63,354 bases of DNA, filler included, from Reticulomyxa filosa (GCA_000512085.1; 13 parts of 13 records of this genome joined end to end with filler, not necessarily neighbours in it); one strand, 5' to 3'; shown: positions 36,270-49,572, numbered from the whole stretch's first letter. Notes: a model not told the origin generated them from the sequence alone. Program-made: numbers and translations.

Positions 36270-39200
36270 ATGGCAGACACAGAAAATGTGGCAGAAATGG
36301 CAGTGCTCACTGATAAAGAGGAGGAGATAGTCCCTGATACAAGATACTCGAGCAGCGATGTTATTGCGGCTGCAGAGGAAATCAAGTTCAAACAACAACA
36401 AGCAGCGGAAAAAGTGGAAAGAGAAATAAAGACAGGGAAAAAAACACCAGAGGAAGCACAAGCAGAATTGCGCAAAGCTTACACAACAATGGCCCATGTC
36501 CTGGACAAGTTGGAGCTTGCGAAGGAGTTCGATACTAACCTTGAAACGGGGCTGACATCAAAACAAGTTTGAACGAACAAGCAAAAAAAAAATTGCGATT
36601 TTTCTTTTTTTCCCTGCCTAAAAAAGGTCCTGAAAAGCATTTTACAAATGTTTTGCATAATAAAACGCGTGTGTTTGTGGTTATGTTATAGGTGGAAGAA
36701 AAACTACAAAAATTTGGCTTCAATGAATTGTCGCCTGCATATCGCGAGCCGTGGTACGTTAAAATGATACGATTTATTTTCGGTGGTTTTTTCAATCAGT
36801 TGCTGTTGACCGGAGCAGTCTTGTGTTTCGTTGCGTATGGTTTGCAACCAACCATCCCAAGCAATGTTAAGTGTTGCTATTTTGAAAACATTTTTGTGAA
36901 ACGTGCTATAACGCGGTCATGAGTATTCGCCGCAACAACTAATGACACACAAAATAATGTTGCTATGACAGATGTATTTAGGCGTGTGCCTGATAGTCGT
37001 GGTGTTGGTAACGGGTTTGTTTGGATTTTATCAAGAGAGTAAATCCGATGACCTAATGGCTGGGTTGTCAAAAATGTTACCACCCAATGTAATCGTATTG
37101 CGCAACGGTGAAAAAACGAGTATTTCTCCTACGTTATTGGTGCCAGGGGACATTGTCGACATGTCCATGGGAATGCGTATTCCGGCGGACATTCGTATTT
37201 TTGATTGCACACCGGACATGGAAGTTTTGTTAATAAGAAGTTTTTTTTTAAAAGAAAAAAAAGGGTATACGAATGAAACATAGAACCAAAAAAAAATTAA
37301 AAATTTTGAAGCTTTTACTCCTTTCTTAGTTCCCTCTTGCAGCTTCTCCAATAAATAAGTTAAAAGTTATGAACGTGAAAACAGGTCGACAACTCATCTT
37401 TGACAGGCGAGTCAGAACCCCAGAAACGAGATTGGCGAAAATCAAACCTCGTTCCAGCAGAATCACCTAACTTGACATTTTTCGGTACTTTGTTGGTCCG
37501 TGGCAAAGGCACGGGAGTAGTAATTGGTACTGGAGATACCACATTTATGGGTCACACGGCCAAAGCAGCTGCGTCCACAGAATCAGAACCTACCCCGATT
37601 GCCTTGGAAATCAAAGACTTTTGTTTCAAAATTTCGATAATCGCTTTCGCACTGGGAATATTGTTTTTCGTTTTGGGGATGGCCACCAATCCAAATTGGA
37701 TTGTTAATGTGGTCTGGTTGATTGGGATCATTGTCGCAAACGTTCCTGAGGGTCTGCTTGCTGAAGTCACCGTATCTCTCACTCTTACCGCAAATCGAAT
37801 GTTTCATAAAGTTTAGTTTATGTTGCTCTCTTTGCTTTATTTTAGTTCGCACATGTACACCTGTGTACGTATGTTGTATATGACGTGTATAAATCATTCC
37901 GGATTTTGGCTTTGTATAGAATGTGCGTGTGAAAAACTTGGAATCAGTGGAAACGTTGGGTTCCACCACAGTGATATGCTCAGATAAGACAGGAACACTG
38001 ACGACAAACGTAATGACGTGTATGTATGTTGTATTTGATTTGAAAGAACGCGAATGTGACACAACATCACCAATGCAAGCCATTGAAGGAGATTTTTACG
38101 ACGTACGCGATAAAATGGTAAAGCAAAGAAAGCCTGATTTCTTGCGATTGGTCCGCTGTGCCGCGCTATGTAACAACGCCGAATTCATTGGCGAAGAGAT
38201 TGACGAAACTGCAAATGCGACAGAAACAGCAATGGTTAAATTCGCTTTTGGACATGTCAATTCAGCCTATTCCACCACCGTAGCCAATTATCGAAAATAC
38301 CACAAAAAATTGCATGAGATCCCATTCAACAGCTCTAATAAGTGGCAAATATCAGTGCATGAACTAATGTCAAATTACACAATCGACGAAGAAGGAAAGA
38401 TTGGCAAAAGTGAAGGAAACGAAGAAGAGAAAAGTAAAGTCGATGACTCGAACAAAAAGTTGGCATTGATCCAAATGAAAGGAGCCCCGGAACGTGTGTT
38501 GACATTTTGTGATAGACATTGGATGGACGGCAAATCAGTGGAATTGACAGAAAAAAACCGCGAAGAAGTAATGGATTTAGTGATGACATTAGGAAGTCGT
38601 GGACAGCGTGTTTTGGCATTGGCTGAAGTGATTCTCGATCCCCAAGAATACGACTTGAATATAGAAGAGCCTATTCCAGAGTATTTCTCCGAAGAAGTTG
38701 AGGCAGTTGATGAGGACAATTGTGTGGTCGTAGAACTTAACGATGAAAAACACAAAGTCCCTGTCAGCGGAAAAAATGAAGCAGGCAAAGAGTATCCATG
38801 GGAGGAATTGCAAATCAAACACATTAAAGATGGAATCAATCAAACATTAAATATTCCTGTTGCATCGCAGCGAATTTTGTTTGGAAATCGAGGTCAAATT
38901 CTCGATGATGAATTGTTATTCAGTGACCTGAAATGTGAACGTGGCAGCGTGTTCCATTTGCGATTGGGTCCATACAAATTTGCCGGAACCAAAGAAGAAA
39001 ATGTGAACTGGCCATTCCGTCGAAATGGAGAACAAGGATTGGTATTCATTGGTTTGATGGCCATGATTGACCCTCCAAGACCCGGTGTACCCGAGGCTGT
39101 GACCAAGTGTCAGTCGGCAGGTATCAAAGTGATCATGGTCACTGGTGATCACCCCGTCACGGCCAAGGCCATTGCGTCCAAGGTAGGAATTTTGGGCCCA

Positions 39201-40899
39201 AAATCCCAAACTTTGGAAGACGTGGCAAAAGAAAATACGGAGGAAACAAGGCACTGGTCAAAGACGAAGAATATGACGCTGTCGTCGTGCCTGGCTGGGA
39301 ACTGCAAGAAGAATTAGACAAAGACCCGAGATCCGTTGCCGAGTTTTGGAACCGAACTCTGATTAAAAATAATGTCGTATTTGCCCGAACGTCTCCTCAA
39401 CAAAAATTATTGATTGTCTCTGCATGTCAAGATCGAGGAGGAATTGTCGCAGTCACTGGAGATGGTGTAAATGATTCCCCGGCCTTGAAGAAAGCAGATA
39501 TTGGTATTGCCATGGGTAAAACAGGTACTGAAGTGGCAAAAGAAGCTGCAGATATGATATTGCTAGATGATAATTTTGCATCAATTGTCAACGGAGTGGA
39601 AGAAGGACGTTTAATTTTTGACAACTTGAAAAAAGCAATTGCGTACATTTTATCTTCAAACATTCCCGAATTGATTCCATTTTTATTGACCCAAATGATT
39701 GGATTGCCATTACCATTGACTACGGTGATGATTCTTATGATCGACTTGGGAACAGATATTGCCCCGTCCATTGCTATGGCATATGAAGAGAAAGAGTCTG
39801 ATATCATGCATAGACCACCAAGAAACGCCAAAAAGATAAGCTGGTGCAGTGGAGATTACTTGGTTTTGCGTACGGACAAATTGGTATTTTGGAATCCTTT
39901 GGCGGAATGTACACTTACTTCGTGGTGTTGGCAGCGTTTGGGTTACGTCCCGAATTTTTATTGCTGTTAGATCGTGACCTGGTGTTTGAGGACATTGTTA
40001 CTCACGATTTGCGAAAATATTCCTATTGGTTGCATTGCTTTGAACCAGATTTTGCCAAAGATTTGGACCACTACTGTTACTTTATGCCCGATTTTGGCAA
40101 TACTCAGATTGGAAATGTACCTTCTGACAAACTTTCTTTTAACAGTTCACACGACTTTTCGGATTGGTTGGGCAATACACGCTCATTTATCAAAAGCAGC
40201 AGAAAGTTTTTGAAAAGTTCCAAGACTTCAAACTTCCAAAATGCAGCAGCATTGACAAATGCAATGAATCAAAAAAACTGGACTGCTTTTCAACATGCGT
40301 GGAACAATGGGTTCTATGATGATATGTCAAAACACTTGTTCCGCACTAATTTGTATCCCACCCGTCCGTGTCATAAAACAGATTTTTTTGGAGAGAAATT
40401 TGCGTATTGTGACCATAGTATGACCAAAAGCAGAACTTACCCAGGTAGAAATTCTTTATTTCCAATGCAAGCTAAAGATCGCAACGAGGCATTGCTGCAA
40501 GCACAAACCGCATTCTTCATTTCTGTCGTTACACAACAATGGGCAAATATTCTCGTTTGCAAGACCAGAACTCGTTCTTTATTTGAACAAGGCTTGGGGT
40601 AAGTGTTACACAGTTTCAATTTTTCATTTATTTTTGCATTTGATGTCTTTTTTAATGTTCAAAACACACAAAATAGAAATGGATTTATGAACTATGCGCT
40701 TCTTTGTGAAACGCTTTTGGCGGGAGTGCTGACTTACATTCCGGCGAGCAACATTGTGTTGGCCACTCGTCCTGTTCGATTTGTTTGGTGGTTAGCTGGT
40801 TTGCCATTTGCAATGTCTATAATTGCTTATGATGAAATTAGAAAGGGCATCATGCGCAAACATCCTAATGGTTGGCTTGTTATGGCAAATGCCTGGTAA
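36270..40899 (+). CDS. P-type ATPase IIC (Na+/K+-ATPase alpha-like)
   Basis: Motifs [76 protein letters not shown]. Introns 36567-36691, 36866-36971, 37224-37384, 37811-37919, 40599-40676. Homopolymer frameshifts near 39230 and 39830. Confidence 0.95.
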
Positions 40900-41099
40900 A
40901 AATTTTTCTCGTTTCACATCTTTTTGGTATTTTCGTTTTTTTTTGTATTAAATTCAACATCTTTAACTGGTTTTGGTTATCGAGGGATTTTTGTTCTTTT
41001 CCTCGAAACACACAAAAATTGAATTCTCTGCTCACTTAATCCACTTAATCTTGAGATCGTATTATTTCTGAATCCAGTCAAACTATTTCAAAAAACAAA

Positions 41100-41690
41100 A
41101 AGTTGATCACTGTATGCAAACGGTACACACGAGAAAATTTTCGGCATGGTACGCCTCTAGTATTTTCTTATTATTTATAATTCATCTACAAAGTAGATCA
41201 TTAATCACTTTCGACAATATATTGCATTTATCTTTTTCTTTTACTAATTTTAATGTCACTGGTATCAAGAAAAGTGTGCCAAAAAATGTTGTATGATCAA
41301 TTATCCCATAAAAAAAATTCAAAACAATATGGAATATTTGATCTTTTAATCTTGTACAGGAATCCATTCAATACCATTTTACACGTGATGATTCACGCAC
41401 AAATTTGTGATCATGCACATACAATCGATGCAATAAAATCTTTTCAAATGATTGAGCATCAATCAAATTACATAAATATTGTTTGTGATGCTTGTGGTTA
41501 CATTTCACTTCATTCACAAATCAAATGTCTATTCATCTGTAAAGAACGCATTTAATAAATGGAAATTCAGGAATTGCGCTGTTCGATCTATATTCTAAAT
41601 AATTCAGGCTGATCGAATTTTGCTTGTAACCTTGCAATCTTTGCTACAGCATCTGCCCGTTCATTTCCGGGAATGCCAGAGTGTACTTGA
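41100..41690 (-). mobile_element. Degenerate non-LTR retrotransposon 3' part (RNase H)
   Basis: The minus strand reads VHSGIPGNERADAVAKIAR (RNase H C-terminal motif), followed by stop-riddled sequence. Confidence 0.65.
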
Positions 41691-42299
41691 AAAATGAAAA
41701 TTTGATTGTTAAAATTTAAACATTGCAAAATGGAAACTAAACTTTTTTTTCATCTTTTTGTTGTTGTGGCATCAATCGTGCAAGTATGAGTTTGAAAGAG
41801 TTTTGTTCTTTATCTAAATAATGTACAAATTGTTTTTAAACTTAAAAAGTGTATGATTACTTTTTATACGTTATGCAAAATGCATGAATCTTTTTTTATT
41901 ATATTCTAAAAAAAAATCTATATTATAACAATTAACGATCATCGTGAAAAATCGTCAAGATTATCTCGAGATCACTTTAAGTAAACTTAGAACAAGTATA
42001 TATCGATATATCTCAAAATCGTCGGAAAAGTCAAGTCGTTTCAACAAAACAAGAATCCTCAAGTCAAAGTCCGAAAATTTTTTTTACTAGTAAAATTAAT
42101 TTTTATATTGAGTAAAAAATTTTTTTTATAGCAGTTGGATTTTTGTGATTGTTAATATTGTGTGGTTTTTGACCTTTTGCACCATTTGGCATATTTTTTG
42201 TTGTAATTTATTTTCGGGGGGCTATCGTCATCGGTTCTGCATCTTGCGTGCTGTATGACTGTGAGAGGTGGAAGTGCTTTAAAACTTACTGCGTATATT

Positions 42300-42399
42300 N
42301 NNNNNNNNNNNNNNNNNNNNNNNNNNNNNNNNNNNNNNNNNNNTTAATTAATTAANNNNNNNNNNNNNNNNNNNNNNNNNNNNNNNNNNNNNNNNNNNN
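42300..42399. other. Artificial contig spacer
   Basis: N44-TTAATTAATTAA-N44. Confidence 0.98.
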
Positions 42400-42426
42400 A
42401 AGCCATACAAAGAATCGAGGTGAGAC

Positions 42427-43576
42427 ATGAAGGCTCGCTTTGAGACGTTGGATTGTTTACCGACTCCACTTCCTCTGAGCCAGTGCGTGGTGTACAAGGA
42501 TGAGATTTTGATCTGCGGGGGCTTTCATGAAACGGCATGTTATTCGTACCACACGAAGAAAAAGCAGTACAAACAAATCTGTTCCTATCCAAAAGATGTC
42601 AAATTGTTCGGCCACTGTGTAGTGAAGCGAGTGAATCAGGACAATCCAAATGCGATTACATTGTTATCATTCGGAGGTAAGTACAAGCATACATTGGTGA
42701 TGAACTATGTGAGTGTGTGGACGAACGTGGATAGTGATGATGGTGATGAAGACGATAATAAGGAGGACCAGAAAAAAGAAATACGTCCAAGCGCAAGAGG
42801 AAAGAACACATGGCTCCCTTTTACGGACAAGCAAAACAGAGTCATTCAGATTGGGAGGCCGGAAGATTACTACGATGGAGCGCGTGCTGTAATCGGAGGG
42901 AGTCTCCAACATTTGTTGTTCATTACGTACGCTCCAAAACATATCGATGTATTTAACTTGGATACGTATACGTACGTCCTACGTAGCACGTTACCGTTGG
43001 GAGACGACAACACGGACATATTGTACCATTGTTTTGTATGCAAGACGATGCCAGCAATGGACAAGAGCAATATAACTGAAATGGTGTTATTTTATAAAAA
43101 ACTAGGCTTTGCTATTACTTACGACGAAACAAAGCACGCCTTTGAATTTCAAAAGCTGACCGTTTCCGATGCCATCGCTCCATTTGTTGACTATGCCTAC
43201 GTATACATCAACGGCGACATTTTGTTCTTTGGTGGCGACAGCAGCGACGTTGGAGGGGTGTCCAAGGCGGTGCACAAATACTCGACGAAAGAGAAAAAAT
43301 GGACCAAATTCGATCACACTTTACCAGTCGCTTTGAGCGACTGCATCGGAATTGTAAGCGAAGATCACTCGTGCGTGCACATCCTTGGTGGGTTTGACCA
43401 CAACTACAATGGAGTATCCACACATCTCAAAACGGATGCTCGCCAGTGGCTCGGCGGCGTCAGAGATGAAGATACGTATACAAAAGTGAAACCCAAAGTG
43501 CAAGCTCCAAAACCGAGTCTAATGAAGATGGATCCCGAAGAAATTTTGAAGCATCCAGAAGCGGTGGAAAAGCAAA
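42427..43576 (+). CDS. Kelch-repeat beta-propeller protein, partial
   Basis: Kelch GG motifs EILICGG, LLSFGG, ILFFGG and VHILGG, plus W/LP motifs. Continues into an intron at the contig end. Confidence 0.8.
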
Positions 43577-43629
43577 GTTTTTTTTTTTTTAAAAAAAAAA
43601 AACGCACAAATATATAATATATATATATA

Positions 43630-43729
43630 NNNNNNNNNNNNNNNNNNNNNNNNNNNNNNNNNNNNNNNNNNNNTTAATTAATTAANNNNNNNNNNNNNNN
43701 NNNNNNNNNNNNNNNNNNNNNNNNNNNNN
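43630..43729. other. Artificial contig spacer
   Basis: N44-TTAATTAATTAA-N44. Confidence 0.98.
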
Positions 43730-43906
43730 GTTTTGTAATTAACAGAACGAAAGTTTCACTTTTGTAGGGCAAGGCTATATCTTTTAGGGAGGGCTCTGAA
43801 ACCACTTTTATCTAAACTTACTTCACACTTTCTCTCACCTTTTCTTATTTGTATTCTTTGAAAAATTACTCAGTGTTCATGTAGTACACTATTGTTTAAT
43901 CAAAGT

Positions 43907-45120
43907 ATGGCAGCACGCCTCAGACATTGAACAGTTTTTTCAACAAAATAATCTTTCAATCATTTTGATTAAGTTGAATGTTATATTTTACAATAAATAA
44001 AAAAATTTATTTAAAATTATTTTTTCAATCCAAAAATTTTTTAAATAAAATATTTTTGAGCATAATTTTGATCTATACAAAATACCAAAAACGCAAATAA
44101 CAGGAACATTATTAAAATTGTTGAAAGCCGTAATGCTCAACATTGTCAACAATTTTTTTTAAAAAATAAATAATATATATTGTAATAGCAACATTTGCTC
44201 ATTAACGCTGAAAAATTGAATAAAGAAATTCGTTCAAAAAATGATTAAATTCGACAATTGAAAGATAACATAAAATTAAAGAGAAAAATTACGAAATCAA
44301 GATCACCTCAAACAAATCAACACAATAATGCCCTTGAATTACTGAATATTGCTTTTACTGAAAAAGAAAAACAAATGATAAAACAAAATAACGGACTAAC
44401 AAAATTATTGAAAAAGGATAAATAAATTGATCAGTTTAAAGAACAAACAAAAAAATACTTATTCAAAGGGTATCAAAATAATTACAACATCTATTTGATA
44501 CTTTTGGTTTTAGCTATCATTTTGCCATTACATAAAGCAATTCCTGTTCGTTGGTACTTATTCAGGAGATTATAATAATAAACAATATGACAAAGCTATT
44601 GAATACTATGAAAACGCACCGAAATAAGATTGAATATTTTTGAAACAGGAACAAGGAGATTACTTTATTATACAATGATTTAGGAAATTCCTATTACAAG
44701 AATGGTCAGTGGGATAATGCTATTGAAAATTACGAAAATGCATTAAAACATGGATTGATGATGACAAGTCGACACGAGTTAATGTCTCTAACTCACATAA
44801 TAATTTAGGAAGCAATTGTAGCAATAAAAAAATTTGCAACGAGATAATTGAAAACAATAAAAAGGCATTGGAAATAAGATTAAATATTTTTGGAACAAAC
44901 CATTTAGCTGTTGCCTGGTTGTATAATAATTTGGAGAATTCATATTACCTTAATGACAAATCCATTGAACACATGAAAAAGCTTTACAAATAAGATTGGA
45001 CATTTTTGGGTTCAATCACTCAAATGTCGCCAATTCCTATAATAATCTAGGTGTTTCTTATGCCGATAACGAACAATAAGACAAAGCAATAGAATATTAC
45101 AAAAACCATTGGAAATAATT
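43907..45120 (+). pseudogene. TPR-repeat (kinesin-light-chain-type 42-aa repeat) pseudogene
   Basis: Remnants YNDLGNSYYKNGQWDNAIENYENAL and NHSNVANSYNNLGVSY...DKAIEYY with many stops and frameshifts. Confidence 0.7.
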
Positions 45121-46507
45121 TACATATTGTTGGAAATCTTTCTATCATTGTCTCGACAAAATTGGTCATTGGAATAATTCATATATCTTTTCCATTTGAC
45201 AATTAAAAGAACATGCCACTGATAGTACAGAAAACAGCGGGATTCATTGTTAACTCCAATCAAACTTATTCAATGCGTATCATTTAGAAGGCATAGTGTT
45301 ATTCATGTCATACAATTAAAGTACAAATAAAGTTACTGTTTAATTTAAAGCATATCAAACTAAACGGGTACCGTATATCAACTTGTAAAAAATAATAAAT
45401 GTAGAGTAACAAACTGTACTAGTATACAATTTTTTCATTAGTGTCTAAAAAAAAAATAAAAAACAATAGAAACAAATGTTGGATATCACAAAGGACAACT
45501 ATAATAAAAAATTATTTCTTTGCGTTGGTAATGAAAATGGTTATAATTCAAATTACAGATCAAAATTAACAACAGTAATTAATAAATTAAACAACTCCAA
45601 ATAAAAAATTTAAAAATGTGGTAGTTGAAAAATGTAAATTAAAGCACAAATTACAAATGGTAATAAAAATCAAATTAAAATTTTTAACTTCATTTCAACA
45701 AAATAGTAATACTAAATAAAATAAAAAAGTGTCACAAAAAAATTACGCTAATGGCCACTTCTTTTAACACAGTAATGATATAAATTTCTTCTTAAAAAAA
45801 GCTATGAAAAAAAATTGTACAAGTAAACCAAATTTCAAATTACAAATTATGTTCAGATAAAACTACAATATTAAAAAATAAAAAAATTAAAAAAAAATAA
45901 AAAGAAAGTAAACAAAATACTTCTTTTTGATTTTGTCTTTTCATTTTTTTTTATTTTTTCCAAATCACCTTAAAAAAAAGTTATGTGCTAAATATACTTT
46001 TCACATTGTAAAGAGACTGAAAAGTGTCTTTGAAAACTTACGAAAAATGACTACTATAAAACATAAAAAATGAAAAAGAAATTGAAGCTTCCAAACCAAG
46101 TCAGGACGTTAGAACAAACTTTTGCCAATCGATTGGTGAAATTCCGTTGAAATAACTTTGCTTTGTGACAAAGTTAGACAGCGATCAGTGTTTTTATAAT
46201 AAAATATTTTGCTATATGTTATTATTCGCAAAAAACGTGAAAGCAATCCAAAAGTTGCTGCACAACAAACAAAATAATTGTTGTGGAAATTTGAATTATT
46301 TTGAACTGTTGATATTTTGTTCGTTGCAATCTGATAGAAAAAGATGAACGTAAAAATTTCACAAAATATTCTATTGAGATTGTATTATGTGAGAAAAAAT
46401 TTACAAATGGAAAAGTGCATGACAGTTTTTTGGTGTTAAGGCTGCTTTGCTTAGAACCACTTTAAAAATTAATGTGTATGAAAGCGGATAGTCGAAGTTG
46501 TAGGTTA

Positions 46508-48401
46508 TTACAACTTGGATTTAAGTTCAGCAGGGCCTTTGCTGTGTAATTGCAACCACTCTGCTTGTGATTTTGGACACATATCTTGTTGATTTTTGAG
46601 TAAGCTTTCGATGGATAATTCCTTGTGAGTATAAGGACGTTTGAGCTTAAGCTTTGGATTTAAAGTAACACCAAATCCAAATTTTTCGTCGCTCAGTTCA
46701 ATAAATCCATCTTTAGGAACAGGTTCATCCACAAACAAATCACCAAACAAAGGCTGAATGGAATCAGCATGAGGGGACAGCATTAAAAATTCGGCCATTG
46801 GACAATTTGGAAAGGCGATTTGCAAATGATAAGAGTAAACAGAAGATCCATGAGGAATGACATTGATATCATAGGCACTGGCCAAACTGATTACCTTTTT
46901 CGCTTCCGTGATTCCTCCCAGCCAAGTTATATCAGGTTGCAGCACATCCACGCAATTGTTTTCCAATAGCATTTTGAACCCATACCTAAGGAATAGACAC
47001 ATTGAATGCATTGATAATGGAGACAACAATTGTTTGTTTTTTTTTAACGTCTAAAAAATAGACCTTGTATATTCATGTTCACCACAAGTTAATAAAATGG
47101 AAGACAATTGATTGCTAGATTTGCAATAATCATAAATGTGTTTATATCCGGCATAATTATCTGGAGGTAAGTACTCTTCCACCCATTTCACTTTTACGAA
47201 TCTTTTTCAAATAAGATGTTGTTCTTACTTGTAACATTTGCAAAGCAAAAGATAAACAAAGAAAAAAACTGATTAAAGTCTGGATTTTGATTGATTTGGA
47301 CATTAATCAAATTGAGCAATTCTAAAGTGTAAGGCACAGTCAAAGACATATAGCAATCGATCATCAAAGGAAAAGGAGAAGATTGATGATTAAATGGTGG
47401 TTTTGGATTAATGCTCTTGCAACACTCTTTGATTCGATCCATATTTGCTTTCATTCCCAAATCACCATCTCCAGGACCATAGGGAAGAGGTATTTTGGCG
47501 CCCACAAAGCCGAGCGACTGTGCAATGTCAGGTCTCACTGTCGTGGCATACACCGGTAATTTCTGCTTGCACTTGCCGCCCAATAAATTAAACACTGGCT
47601 CTTTCAGTAATTTTCCAAGACAGTCCCATAACGCCAAGTCCACTGCGGATATGCTTTGAATTACCAATCCTTTTCGTCCATAGTTGATCGATGCTTTAAA
47701 CATGTGATCCCACATTAACTCGACATTATGTACATCTTGTCCTTCTATCAATCGAGCGAAATGTTTCTCCACCAAATAACAACCTTTTTCATTTTTATTG
47801 TTCTTTTCTTTTTTCCATGTCATCAAATCTCAAAAAAAATAAAATAGTTTGTTTGTTCACTTTTATTTACCTGGCTCTCCGCCTATGCTCACGCCGTGGC
47901 CAATGATACCGCCATTCAGTTCTACTTCCACTATCATTGTTCTTTTTATTGGGTTTGTTGCTTGTTTTTGTTTTTTAATACATTTATTTTTTTGTTTTTT
48001 GGAAAACATACCCAATCGCGTCAATACCCCAATTTTTACGGCTTGTCTTGTAGTTGTCATAAATTGACATCGGTGTGGATATCGGGGTGTCCACTATCCA
48101 GTGTCCTTTGGCCTTTTTTGATTACACGTTTTAAATAAACCCTTTGTTGGTCAACACGCCAACAAAACATACACACAAATTGACAAACTTGTGAGTGACA
48201 ATCCGCTCCTATTTACATACATACATTTTTTAAAAAAGGATTGCGCTTGTTTTTATACAATCCAAAAATTTACATACCTCCTCCAGACGATTCTTCCAAC
48301 GCTTTATTGTCCAACACAAAGGCACGCACACACTTGATCAGTGCATCTTTGTTTTTTGGATTTGGCTTTACGTGTTCATGTGGGGTAAAAAATAGCGACA
48401 T
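46508..48401 (-). CDS. L-rhamnonate dehydratase-like (mandelate racemase/enolase superfamily, RhmD/LRA3), C-terminal SKL
   Basis: GADCH, GHWIVDTPISTPMS, INYGRKGL, SAVDLALWD, LMIDCYMSL, WVEEYLPPD, TCGEHEYTRYGF, QPDITWLGGITE, IPHGSSVYSYH. Seven exons. Confidence 0.9.
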
Positions 48402-48671
48402 TTTGTTTTTCTTGTTTATTGATGAAAGTGATATAATCCCTTCTAAAAAAACGAGACATGCGGTAGTGTGCTGAGATATGTACTGTTTGTTTCATTTATT
48501 CATTTAATAATTTTCATGTTGAAATGTTTTGGTAGGAAAAATACAAGTTTCCTCTTCTGCAGTTTTAATTTTGTTCATAGTTACTTAAAAAGAAAATCAC
48601 TGTGACAGAAAGTGATAAAACAATAGCATTAAAAAAAAATTGTCCAATCATCTCATCAAAATGTGAAGTTG

Positions 48672-49572
48672 TCACAATTTAGTTTTAAGCTGTGGTAGAG
48701 GACTAGATTTGAAATGAGGAGAAAAATCCCAAACATTTTTTTTCCCTAATTGAATATCAACAATAGCATCAATGTGTGCTTGTGCGCTACCGACAATCAA
48801 AATGTTCGGAACATCCGATGGTTGGATGAGTAAGCCAATCTCTGTGCAGCCAAAAATGCAAGCTTGAGCACCCTGTTTCTCAACCAATTCGGATTGGATG
48901 ACATCTTGTACCATCCATTTTCTGGACTTGTCCAAAAATTTTCCAAAAGATAATTCTTTTTCAATAATCCGTTCCATTTCCTCATGAAAAGCCTCCTTTG
49001 GAGTCAGCACAGTCAAACCATGGAGTTTGAGACGATCTTTTATGTACGCTTTTTGCATCGTATATTTGGTTCCAATCAATGCCACTTTTTTGATATTTTT
49101 TTCCAAGCATTGCAATGCACAACAATCCGCAATATGCAAATACGGGAAATGAGGCAACACCTCTTCAATACGGGGAATGGCAATATGCCCAGTGTTGGAC
49201 GCAATCACCAAAAAATCTGCTCCAGCACGATAAAGTCTCATTGCCCCGTCACATAAAATACTACTCACCAAATCCATTCGATCTGCGGACAAATAACTCA
49301 CATATTCTTCTAAGTTCACGCAATACATCAAAAGCTTGCTTGTATTACCTGCGTGTTTCCATGGCAAAGCCTTTTGAATCTTTAGTCAATGTTGTTTATG
49401 TTCGCTGACATTTGTATGATTTTCAAAATCGAAATGGGAATTCACTTAGAGTAACCTTAGCGTTTATTTGCTTGAAATAATCTTCTCCTGACTGATGAGA
49501 TATCCCCTCTAATATCCCAACTGTTTTCATGTTCTTGAAAACATAGGTGACATCAACGGGAGTTTTGGTCAT
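48672..49572 (-). CDS. PLP-independent aspartate/glutamate racemase family protein (YgeA/RacX-like)
   Basis: MKTVGILEGISHQS, GADFLVIASNTGH, LHIAD, LIGTKYTM, FGCTEI. One intron at 49380-49455. Ends TKL. Confidence 0.9.

Noticed and set aside
39225-39845. Programmed frameshifting in the ATPase (also RPL5 and kinesin)
   Set aside because: The shifts fall at short A-runs in essential genes, which is typical of pyrosequencing homopolymer error
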